From assembly GCA_965153455.1 (NCBI GenBank), contig OZ234493.1, forward strand, positions 6,314,213 to 6,378,212: a DNA stretch of 64,000 bases, given 5' to 3'. This document shows positions 52,825 to 64,000 of the stretch, one piece after another. This stretch comes from Sphagnum compactum. Lineage: Eukaryota. The notes under the pieces are model-generated. The model was not told the origin of the DNA and searched no databases. It saw nothing but the letters and a program-made list of their open reading frames with translations. The position numbers and the translations under genes are program-made. The stretch's first letter is position 1. Every line of letters starts with the position of its first letter.

Positions 52825-55800
52825 CACTGTAAAATCTCTCTGCTACATGAATGGAGACAATTTCATCAAGATTTGTGCTGGATCCTTACTCTCACTGTCA
52901 TATTGGCTTGGAATTTTCTGTCTGAGCAGCATACAATAGTGCACAACATATGCCATCTATTTGCCCTTAAGTTGGGTAAAGCCCCAATGTCTTTCATCGC
53001 AGGTTTTGCCACAGGGTCTGGACAACTGGAGGCATGATTTTGCTAGTGCATAGCAGTACATTGGCCATGTCATTTCTCATGTTGCAGCTCAATTCAGGAT
53101 TCAGTAATGACTTTTGGGTAATCAGTACCATGTCATACACCTGAAATTGTCAATTGTAATTGAAGATCAGTGATGCCACTCCCTTATGAGAGCTAAATTG
53201 CTTAGATTCAACAGCAATCACTTTTGCTGATTGGTTATTGCCTCTTATCTAGTTTCTCTCCATTTGTTCCTACTGACTCAACAATCCAAGAATGTTTTTG
53301 TAGCCTGACTTGCACATCTTTGGGTCTCTTGATTTGTCAAGAGAAAATCAAGGACACCCAAAATTCTGATCATGGATGTGTCAACTATTCATTGGCTACT
53401 TCTTGTTGTTGCTTGTTGGGTTTAGGTTGAATTACTCACGAAACAAAAGAAGTACCTATTTTAATAAATAGAGTTTTTACACATTATTTCTAAAATTGAT
53501 CAATCCTTTCACTTTGTTGCATTTCCACCTTTCAAATGGGTCCTAATCATTTTTCGACTTTAATCTTTGCATTGATGGAATACAGTGGCAAGACAATGGC
53601 AACTTGTAAACACCAAATGGCAATGTAACTCATATTCCCATACTTGTCAATTTGGGCTTTGTGCTACTATGCAATATTAGTGATGATCAACTAAATTTGT
53701 TTGTCTTGTGTTTTCATATGGTTTTCAATAATTCAAAATTTATTTATGTCAATATCAAATTTAATTTGAATTAATATAAATATCGTGGACATGAAAAGAC
53801 ACATGTTAATTTGCTCTTGTATATCCGCTTTGGTGGATAGAGAAAAGGAGTGACATAGTTATTAGGAAAAAAGTTAGATAGTTAGACTTGGAAATGAGGT
53901 AGGTGTTTTTAGAAATGTCTAAGGACAACCATATGATAGGAATTGTCTTTGAAATTGTCCAATTACAACTATATGATAGATTCTTAAAAACCTCCCATAT
54001 AGTAGTTCCTCAAAAAAATTTCATTGTAATTATTGAATTAACTAGAACAATGAGCATAAATAATTAGACGTGATTTAACATATTCCAATTCACATAACTA
54101 ATCAATATGAGAAGAAAAAAATGATGTCATTCATCCATTAATTATTGGATGGCAAGCATCTTTTTTGGAACATTTTTTGAGAAAATAAAAATATGTGAAT
54201 AAATGTGATTTTTAGGGATTTAAGAAGAAGTTTTGGTCTTCTTCGAAATAAAATTAACCACATCTAGACCTAGGCACGTCCTAGGTCACCATTTGTAACA
54301 ACATTTTTGTTTAAATGTCCTAGCCTACCTAGGATACTCACTATTTAATGCTAATGGTTGTTGCGGATCCTTGCCAATGGACCTATTTATGGAAGTTCAA
54401 AAAACACAACCTGGACGGCAAGGGCAAAAGTTGATATGGACTATGGCCTTGATTACGCATTATTGGATCCTATACCATAATGTTCAAATTGTCATTTTCC
54501 AAACTTGAAAAAAATGGACCTAGATGGTTCATTTTACTTAAATTTCAAGACATCCAACTAGTGTTTTAAATTAATTTTTATGTAAATGTGTGATGATATT
54601 TATGAACATTTATTAAAACCTCACAACTTGTAAAAGTCATTTTTTTCCATGTCAAATGCAACATACAAATTCACCATAATCAATTTAACTTCAAAATATG
54701 ACATAGAGTTAATATTTTGTCCAACCATGAAACCAATAAAAATTTCCCAATTAGGTAGGACTCATGGTGTTTTTGTAATTCTCCAGATGAATAATTCATT
54801 AATGAATCGTGTTTAATGTTTTTTTTTTTTTGTAATTGTATTTTAAATAACATATATATATAATATGGACCTTGAATCAATTTTAAGCAATGTGAAAACA
54901 AATTGTAATACCTTGGTAGCTTCAACACCTTTTTCTTGATAAATTAATTAATTTTGAAAGCTTCAATATTTGCCTTCACATTTTTTTGTCATTGGGAAAA
55001 AAAAATTCAACATTTTTGAAACTAATATAATTAAGATTGAATCTACCAAGGTAGTAAGGTCCATGTCAAATCTTGGGGAAAAGTTAAAATAAATGTCATT
55101 GGTGTTGTTATACCACACCACCCAAACATGTTCACATGTTTTGTGCATTTTCATCCATAAATCATCCATAATAGACCTTTATTGATTTCCAAAGCAATAA
55201 GGTCAAGTCATCCCTTTTGTTTTTCCAAAGTTCATTAATAATAGATATTGTGTTCCACCAAGGTGTCAAGTTACCTCGCATAAATAACAAAAGTTGCAAA
55301 TAATTGTGTGTTTTTGTCCAACATAAATTATCATGTTGGACATCCAAAAACCTCTTAATTTGTAACCAAGTTCATAACATTAACATTAATTCATGTGACA
55401 TTCATAAAAGGTTTTTAAATGGTTTAAATTTTCATAAATAGTATAGGTCAACTTTAGATTGCATAACTCTTAATTCAAGAATGAATTCCATTCATGAATA
55501 TTCATTATTTTTCCATAATGCATAAAATCATCCATCATTATAGTCCATTTTCAAATAACAAAAAATAATTACAATCACATTTTAGGCCATGTTATTATAT
55601 TTGACTATTTATACATTCATTGATTGTTGTTCAATTTTAAGCAAGTGAAAGTTTAAAGTCTATTTGTGGACAAAAGTATCCTTGGGGTGTTACCACTAGG
55701 AACATCACACCTTGATTTTATTCGAGAATTTTAAAAAAAATTAGAAACACATAAATAAGAATTTTCATTAGATTTTTTCAATGAGTACATTTACCATGTT

Positions 55801-57029
55801 ACATAGACTTGAAACATTAGTGATATCAAGATTATTTTGTATTTTGATGTTTCGAATCATTGCATTTGAAAAAAAGTTTCATGAATGTAATAATGTTTTC
55901 TTGTTTTGAACTTTTTGGTCAAGAACATAAGTTCAAAACATGTTTTGATTTTTTTTATAAATAATTTTTAAATGTACCTTTGGTGATATTATGTTGATTA
56001 TATTTATGTAATTAACTGATTATTAATATACTTTAGTTATTAATTTTCAAAGTTTAGGAACATGATTTTTAAAATGGCCTTTATAGTTAGGAAAATAAAT
56101 TTGTCACAATTCCTAGTTTTTTATTCCCACAGACACTTTAGGTCATATACTTTGGCATGCAATTGATAAACATGAGAAAAAGAAATGATTAATTGTAAAA
56201 ACATTTAAAGGAAAAAAGTTAGGAATAATATTAAGTTAGTTTTATTACTTGAGGAATTCTTTTAAGTTCCTAATTGTATCACCCAATGATACATTTGCCC
56301 TTGTACATATTAATGCCTAGGAAGGCCCAAAATTCAAACTAATTAAATGAGACATGAATGACTATAATTAAACATTCCATTTTTTTAACATTTATTTTAA
56401 TTTTTACAACATACAAATATCTTCAAATGTGGAGAAAAAATGAGTATTTTTAATTAATAAACCACAATCATTTAACCAAATGGGGAACATGAAATTAGAA
56501 GTAGTCTAGTTAATGGTTCATAAAAGGATAAGTTTGATGGTTAGATTACAATGTTCATAAAACATTTTTGTCAAGTTTTTTATGGGTTCAATGGATAAGG
56601 TTTAGAGAGAAATAAGTAGAATTAAGTGGGAAAGATAATAATTAACTGAAATAGTTAAATCATCCCTAATAGTGTTTAATAAGTGATCCTCCTAATTAAA
56701 ATTAAATGAAGAAAATTTTAAAAAAATTGGTTTGACTTAGCAAAATGGTTTTAGCACAACAATTTTCAACAATTTGTTAAGGTTAGTAAAAGTCACAACA
56801 AAGTTTAACACTAGCCAAATAAAAATGTAATTGTACATATGACTTGACTATTTGGTGAAAGTGCAATTTAAATTTTCATGCATGTGACCAAATATATATT
56901 GATAACATTAAATTTTTTTCATCCAAGCACGTAATAAATATAAAGAATTCCTTGATGTTCCAAATCCATTGCTCAAGTTGTTCCCAATAGCACCATATTT
57001 TATTTCATATCTTTTGCTCAAAGTTGAAT

Positions 57030-59930
57030 TTTCATCAACTATATAGATAAAAATCCATTTTTTAAATTCCAAAATAAAATGTTCCTTATGCACTATGCCT
57101 ATACATGCCATTTTAACACATTCTAACAATTACTTGTGAAAGGAAGTGGGACTTTGTATCTCATATTTGGATGTTGTTGGTTTTGTATGATCCATGCATG
57201 GCCAATCTTGTTCAAATCATCTATCCCATGGGTGACACCGGTATGAAGGATCATGTGACTTTCTCAACGCTCACCTTCACAATGTGTTCCGTAACCTTAT
57301 TTTAGATAAACCCATCTTTTTTTAATTTTAGATATGTACATGTAATGTTTTGCAACTGTTGTTATAAATTTCCACACTAACTAATCAATCGGTTAAATTT
57401 GAAGCCCTTTTGTCTCCAAGGAAAACCAATGTTTTAATGGGTGTGAGTATAAAGATAAGAGCCAAAATTCATGTTGGATAATGGTGAAAACTGTGAACTT
57501 TTTTACATATGTTTTTTTCTTGACATTTTAAAGTTATGTTAATCATTCCAAGTTGTGCTAAATGTGACTAATATCAATGTTGAGGAATTCAAATTAAAAA
57601 TTCATTAAATTAAATTTTGGGTTTTGGTTTTTAAAAAAGACATTTGAACTTGAATAGGTGTTGCATCAAATTGTGGTTAATTTTACAAAGGGCTAGTAAA
57701 GGACTATTGTAATAACATAATTTGTTTGATGGTAAAAAAATTAGAAAATAATAACCTATTACCCAAGTTTTTAAAAAATCATAATTAAAAAGATATTGAA
57801 TAAAAGATTTAAATTTTTATAAATTCAAAATATTTTTCAAATTTAAATTTTTTCTAGAGTCCCTTACGTGTAAATGGGGTGTAATGTGCATGACATACAG
57901 AACAAAGTTATAGTTTATGATATAAAAACAAAAAGCATAAATAAGTTAACATATATTGGTATGATTCAAAATTATGATAAATTTTCAAGATGAAACATAA
58001 AATCTGACAAAATTTACACACTTTGAAAAATTCATATTTATTCAATAATGAATAACACAAAACATGTGATCTATTTAGGCAACTATATGTATTTTTAATA
58101 AAAAGTTGCAAAAGATTTCATTAAAAAATTCTTTCATATGAAAAAGTGAAAAAATATGTTGTAAATGTTAAGCCTTTAAGACGTGCCATGCACAAAGGTA
58201 AATGAACATTTGATTTTCGCCCCACACCATCCTAACCATGCATAAATACCAATTTATTAATATTTCAATTAACAACATTGTATACAATGGAAAATGTGAA
58301 ATAACATTTTGAAATGGTTACATGTACATAAAAGTTTTTAAAAAGGCAAAATAAACAAAAATTCACCACAATGCTCGTAATTATTGTGGAAGTCATCAAT
58401 TATGAGACATGATGTCACGGGCACAAAAACATCCAAGTTTAACCAAGTTTATAAGATTTTTTAAACCAAGACGAAAACTAAGGCAGGCCTAATCCCAAAT
58501 TCAGATCATGAAATACAAAAAACAAAAACAAGAACACAACAAGTGCAAGATAAGACTTCAACAAAATTTTATTGCAAAAACGAAATAAAACAAGGTTGTG
58601 ACAAGAAATGTATCCAAAATTGGTGTTGAACATATTAAAGGTGATGGGAAATTCTACCTCTATTTATACCCCTTGGGCACTTAGCTCAAAGAAGTTTTTT
58701 AAGAAACTTCCAATCTGCATGTGGCCCATGTTCACCCATATACACCAATGTGCACTCATGTGTGAACTAAAACTCAGCTGAAAGTGAACTAAAATTCAAT
58801 CAAGAGTGAATTTTGACTTAATTAAAAATGAATTGAGAATGAATTAAGAGTGGATTAAGAGTTAACAATTAATGGACTAAAGTTTAATTGGAAGTGAACT
58901 ATGAGTTAATTAAAAGTGAATTAAAAGTTAGCTAGAAGTGAACTAGAACTTAATTAAAAGTGAACTGAGAGTTAACTATAAGTGAATTGGGACTTAATTA
59001 AAAGTGAACTAAGAGTCAAGTAGAAGTGAATTAAAATTTAATTGGAAACTAACTAAGAATGAATTGAAGCTAAACTAAAAATTAAGTACAAGTTTATTAG
59101 AAGTCATGAATGAATTCCATAACAGTGGCATCCATGACACATGAAGGTTTCCATTTAGGGTTCTTCCTTAGAAGCCTTCTTTTCAAATGAATTAGCCACT
59201 CCACCAAATCATTGCATGTTTGGCGACTTGTAATGAGCCATGCGGTCAACACTTTGGTGTGATGTGCATCAAACATTAGTAATGTGACCAAGTGGAATTT
59301 CACATAATTGGTGCCAAAAGGTGGCATCCATTGAAATTACCCCATTATCATTTAAAGAGAGCATGGATTGCAATTAAAATGGGGTTTGTATCATTATTGT
59401 GAATGGGACATGAATCCCATTAATCTTATTCACATTTTGAAAATAAAACACATCATTTGGATGATTAAATGCCCATGTGCGAAGGGAAATGGCCGGATTT
59501 TTGTGTAAATGCCAACTCTTTTTGTGTGTTTGCCATCTAAGTAAGCAATGTTTTGTTGTTTAATGAATTGAATCTTTGTCATCTCTTCTCCAACATTGAT
59601 TCTAACCCACCATATCACCTTCTGCTTGTCATATATATGTTTAATAGTGTAGCTTAAACCCAATTGAGTCCAAATGTGGTTTTTAAGAACTTATGACATT
59701 TGTGGGGCAAAAAACAAATGGTCGCACAATGGAGTCAAGGTCATGCTTGTCATGTGTAGGTTCATAATTGGCTTGAGTATGTGGTCAATGATAGAAGATT
59801 ATTTCACCACCTTGGGTCGTGTGTACAATTGCCTAATCAAGAATTGAGTTAAATAACCTCGTTTAAAGGATCGATGGTGGTTTGGGTCTCCATGATTGAC
59901 CTTCGCTAATCCACAGTATCTATGGAAAAA
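57030..59930 (-). mobile_element. Decayed Mutator-like (MULE) transposase, split by a solo LTR
   Basis: Minus-strand FGTNYVKFHLVTLLMFDAHHTKVLTAWLITSRQTCNDLVEWL...WKPSC joins LIIDDF once the LTR is removed. IYLCAWHVLKA (MULE CxxH motif) follows. Confidence 0.75.
58413..59139. mobile_element. Solo LTR, copy 2
   Basis: TGTCACGGGC...GGCATCCATGACA termini with a perfect 5-bp TSD CATGA (58408-58412 and 59140-59144). Internal AAGTGAA(C/T)TAA tandem array; homologous to 1059-1672. Confidence 0.88.
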
Positions 59931-61089
59931 AGAAAATGTAATATTTTCATGACAATTTAAACATGCACATTATATGTGGGTGGTAAAATGCAATATTGGC
60001 ATTATGACCCTAAATCCACACTATCTATGAAAGGCAAAAATGTAAAATCCATGTATCAAACATGGAACATTCTTAGTGGAATTTTATGACTGTGTTAAAT
60101 CCATCCAAGGAAAATGATTTCTCTAAATTTTTTAAAAAAAATGATTAACAAAAAAATTCATACCATTGATGTTACAAAATGAATTAGTTTCAAAGGAGTT
60201 GTATTTTGATTTGAAAACACAACCTAAATAAATCAACACATATTTTATTAAACCCTTAAACTTAAAACCTTAAATAATCCTAATGGTAGATGCTGTCAAC
60301 CTAATAATTATACCAACAAATACAAATGGAATATAATTTTTTTTTATAATAATTATGTTTTGAATTTTAAAATATCAAGTTAAAATTTTAATGAATGGAA
60401 GCATAACCTTAGAGTTTAAAATTAATTACCCCACAATATTTATATATAAGCCTAAATAATTTTATTGGTGAATGTCAAAAAATTAATAAATATATAAACA
60501 TATACAAATGCCATACAAAATCATCTTCTATGAATGAATGATGAATTAAAATTGAAACACAATGAAAAGAAAATAAAAATGAAATAAAAGTTTTTTTTTT
60601 CACCTTTAATGTGGTCTCTTCAACTTGAGGGCCCAACTTGAGACTTTCTTCATTCAGTTTCAAAAGAGATCAAATAAGTCGTGTTGCAAATATTTATACA
60701 TGAAAATTTCCCTCCAAAATCCAACTTAGGATTGATTTTGATTATTATTAAAAATAGTGCAAACATTCACAAATGTTTGATGTCTTTTTAATTATAGATT
60801 TATCAAACCTATTGCTTATTAAATTGGGTGCCTATTGCTTACATAAATTAAGTACATCTTGCATTAAATGGTCCAAAGTGGAGGTAGAGGACTATTGCCA
60901 AAAACATTTCCGCAATTGTAGCACCCAAATTTGGGGTTAGTGGTTTATCGTCGTCACAAATTTGAATAGGATTAAAATAGATATTAGTGGGTCATTTGCA
61001 ATACCCACTTTTTATGTTATAATTTCTTCAATTATAGTCCACAATTTGTAAGTGCATGGAAGGTATGATGATGTGTGGGTAGGCAAGTT

Positions 61090-62770
61090 TTGCTAAGAAA
61101 TATATGTTTTGCTAAAATTAAAGTGGTACTATCAAAAAAAATATGTTTTGCCAAGAAAAAAAGGTTTGGACAAGAGGCAAAGGTTTAGCCATGATGAGAT
61201 AGAAGTTTAACCAAAAAATATAATTTTTTTTTTTAGACATAGAAGTTTAGCCAAGAAATAAAAATAATGGCAAAGAAGTATAATTTTTTATTGATATGTA
61301 AAAGTTTAGTTAGGTAGTATAAAAAATAGCCATGAAAATATAGAGGTTTTGCCAAAAGGTAAAGGTTTAGCCAGGAAACAAAAAGGTTTTGTTGAAAGCT
61401 ATAAGCTTAACTAATAATAGATAATTTTTTTGCCAAAAGTAGATGTTTAGCCAAAAAGATATGGAGGTTTTGCCACAAGGTAAATGTTTAGCTAATATAA
61501 AAAAGTTTTTCCAAGAATAAAAGGTTTAGCTAAGAAAAAATAGAGGTTCAATTAAGAAAAGATAAAGGTTTTGCCAAACGGTAAAGGTTTAGCCAAAAAA
61601 ATATAGAGGTTTTGTTAAAAGGTAAAGGTTTAGCCAAAAAAAGATAAAGGTTTTACTAAAAGGTAGAGGTTTGGCCAAAAATATATAAAGATTTTGCCAA
61701 GAAATAAAGGTTTAGCCAAAAAACAAAAAGGTTTTGCTAAGAGACAAAGGTTTAGTTAGGAAGACATATACGTTTTCCCAATCATTATAAGGTTTATCCA
61801 GAAAAAATTAGAGATTTTGTTGAAAGGTAGAGGTTTAGCTTAAAACATATAAAGCGTTTACTAAATGGTAAAAGTTTAATTAAGAAAAGAAAGGTTTAGT
61901 TAAGAAAATATTGAAAGGGTGGAAAGGTTTTGTTGAGAAGTAGAGGTTTAGTTAAGGAGTAGAAAGGTTTTATTGAAAGGTAAAAGTTAAACTAGGGAGT
62001 ATAAAAGTTTTGTCGAAAAGTAAAGGTTTAGCTAGGGGTGGAAAGGTTTTGTCGAAAATTAGAGGTTTAGTCAAGGAATAAAAAGGTTTTGCTGAAAGGT
62101 AGAGGTTTAGCCAGGGGGTAAAAATGTTTTGCCAAAAAATAAAAAATTAGCCAAGGAGTAAAAAAGTTTTGTTGAGAAGTAAAGGTTTAACTAGGGGGTG
62201 GAAATGTTTTGCGGAGAAATAAAGGTTTAACTACTAAGGAATGTAAAGGTTTTGTTAAGAAGTAAAAGATTAACCAATGAGTAGAAATGTTTTATTAAAA
62301 GGTAGAAGTTTAGTTGGGGAGTAAAACGGTTTTGTTGAAAAATATAGGTTTAATTAAGGGGTGGAAACATTTTGTTTATAAATAAAAGTGTAGCCAAGGA
62401 GTAAAAAGGTTTTGTCAATAAATAGGGGTTTAGCCACGGAGTAGAAAGGTTTTGCCAAAAAGTAAAGGTTTAGCTAAGGAATAGAAAGGTTTTGTTCAAA
62501 AATAAAGGTTTAATCGAGAAATAGAAAAGTTTTGCCAATAAATAAAGATTTAACGAATAAATAATTTTTTTTATTAATAAGTAGAAGTTTAGCCAAAGAG
62601 TAGAAAGGTTTTGATGAGAAGTAAAAGTTTAGCCAATGAATAGAAAGGTTTTATTGATAAGTAGAAGTTTAGCCAACGAGTAAAAAGGTTTTGCTGAAAA
62701 GTAAAGGTTTAGCCGGGGTAGAAAAGTTTTGCTAAAAAAGAGAGGTTTAGTCAAGGAGTAGAAAAGTTTT
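61090..62770. repeat. ~1.7-kb diverged satellite of ~20-bp subunits in ~40-bp dimers (AAAGGTTTTGyyrArAAGT / AAAGGTTTAGCCAAGGAGTAG)
   Basis: AGGTTTTG and AGGTTTAG cores alternate throughout, with strong A/G strand bias. Confidence 0.9.
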
Positions 62771-62966
62771 CTACCAATCTGGCGATCTTTACCTTTTTTT
62801 TCCCCTCACTTCTGGCGACTGAAAACCTCTAAAATCACTTTTTTTTCTTCGAATTTTTAATTTCGCTTTCTGGCGATATAATATCGCCAGTAAAAAAAGG
62901 CTGACATTAAAGATCATGTCGAAAAGTGCAACATTAATGCTAGAGGCAGGAGGTTCCAATACGACG

Positions 62967-62986
62967 TTAGGGTTAGGGTTAGGGTT
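62967..62986. promoter_or_regulatory. (TTAGGG)3 telo-box-like element upstream of RH29
   Basis: TTAGGGTTAGGGTTAGGGTT lies ~220 bp before the ATG. Telo-boxes are typical of plant ribosome-biogenesis gene promoters. Confidence 0.55.
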
Positions 62987-63207
62987 GGAATGAGATTAGG
63001 GCGCACTTGGGAAGGAATTGAGCGTGCTTGGACAGTACCAGCAAGCTGTTGCACTTCTTCCGCTTGTGAAGCAAGGAAGAAAAAATTGCGAAGTAGGTGT
63101 AGATTTGATGGTGCAGGCTTGTTTCCACAAGCTTTTTTTCTTGGTAGTGTAGAGCATTTCTTCTTCTGTGAGGTTTTTTGTTTTGTTCTCAATTTGATTG
63201 AGCTTAC

Positions 63208-64000
63208 ATGGGGTCAACCAGGCGTCCAACGTTTGGTTCTGGAGAGGGTTCCGACTCAGAGGAGGAAGGCGATGAGCCACAACAATCAGACGTCAACCTG
63301 AGTTTCCCTGTAGCAGGGTTCCAAGAGTTTTCAATGAACGAAACTCTGTCGGCTACCCAGCTCAAGATTCAGAAGAAAGAGAAGAAGAAGGCGAAATCTG
63401 GAGGTTTCGAGACTTTAGGGTTGAGCTTGCCTGTTTTCCGCGCCATCAAGCGCAAGGGCTACAGGATTCCGACGCCAATACAACGGAAAACGCTGCCGTT
63501 GATACTCGCTGGTTACGATGTTGTCGCTATGGCAAGAACCGGATCTGGGAAGACTGCAGCCTTTCTCATTCCTATGCTTGAGAAGCTGAAAGGACATTCT
63601 ACAAAATCTGGGGCTCGTGCTGTCATCTTGTCTCCATCACGAGAGCTGGCTCTACAGACATTCAAGTTCTGTAAAGAGCTCGGCAAATATACAGGTAATT
63701 GCTCTGCCCTATTATCCGAGGTTTATGTCCTAGCGCTTTGTGGGGGTATTCCTGCGAATGTTTCAAGAGCATGCATGATGCACAACCGAGCTGATGCATT
63801 ATCACATTCCATGGGGTTTGCAGACTTGAAAATGTCAATACTAGTAGGAGGTGACAGCATGGAGGCCCAATTTGAAGAGCTTGCAAGAAATCCTGATGTT
63901 ATAGTAGCAACACCTGGGCGTCTCATGCATCTTCTCTCTGAAGTAGAAGGCATGTCACTGCGAACTGTGGAGTATGCAGTGTTTGATGAGGCTGACCGGC
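63208..64000 (+). CDS. RH29: DEAD-box RNA helicase RH29 (DDX54/Dbp10 orthologue), 5' partial. Exons 63208-63694 and 63824->64000
   Basis: [15 protein letters not shown] motif [11 protein letters not shown], motif [10 protein letters not shown], Ia [18 protein letters not shown], Ib ATPGRL and motif II VFDEADR. Confidence 0.93.
   Translation, partial: MGSTRRPTFGSGEGSDSEEEGDEPQQSDVNLSFPVAGFQEFSMNETLSATQLKIQKKEKKKAKSGGFETLGLSLPVFRAIKRKGYRIPTPIQRKTLPLILAGYDVVAMARTGSGKTAAFLIPMLEKLKGHSTKSGARAVILSPSRELALQTFKFCKELGKYTGNCSALLSEVYVLALCGGIPANVSRACMMHNRADALSHSMGFADLKMSILVGGDSMEAQFEELARNPDVIVATPGRLMHLLSEVEGMSLRTVEYAVFDEADR

Noticed and set aside
62967..62986. Telomere or interstitial telomeric array
   Set aside because: Only three TTAGGG units, in a promoter position; better explained as a telo-box.

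Overview
Eukaryotic, intron-rich, AT-rich land-plant nuclear DNA, most likely a bryophyte. Sphagnum-like repeats suggest peat moss, but this is inference. There is no CRISPR array or prokaryotic operon, and most entries in the ORF track are spurious. Five intact spliced genes can be built by hand: RNA polymerase III subunit RPC6/C34 (minus, 10 exons, one probable GC-AG intron), arogenate dehydrogenase TyrA (plus, head-to-head with RPC6), a MYB-CC/PHR1-like transcription factor (minus), a small YAR1-like ankyrin protein (plus), and the 5' part of DEAD-box helicase RH29/DDX54 (plus, runs off the window end). The intergenic space is mostly transposon debris with several well-defined ends: two related solo LTRs with 5-bp TSDs, a 154-bp mini-CACTA with a perfect TSD, a three-level hAT>CACTA>hAT nest with a perfect 8-bp TSD, a MULE split by a solo LTR, a DUF659-type hAT, a non-LTR RT fragment and a 1.7-kb satellite. 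Also present are a CRM-domain pseudogene, an inverted partial copy of RPC6 just past its own 3' end, and a mitochondrial insertion (decayed trnL-UAG plus a group II intron 3' end). The best candidates for something new are a ~105-nt pre-miRNA-like hairpin between the MYB-CC and ankyrin genes and the self-antisense/uORF duplications around RPC6. I did not find a convincing novel multi-gene system.
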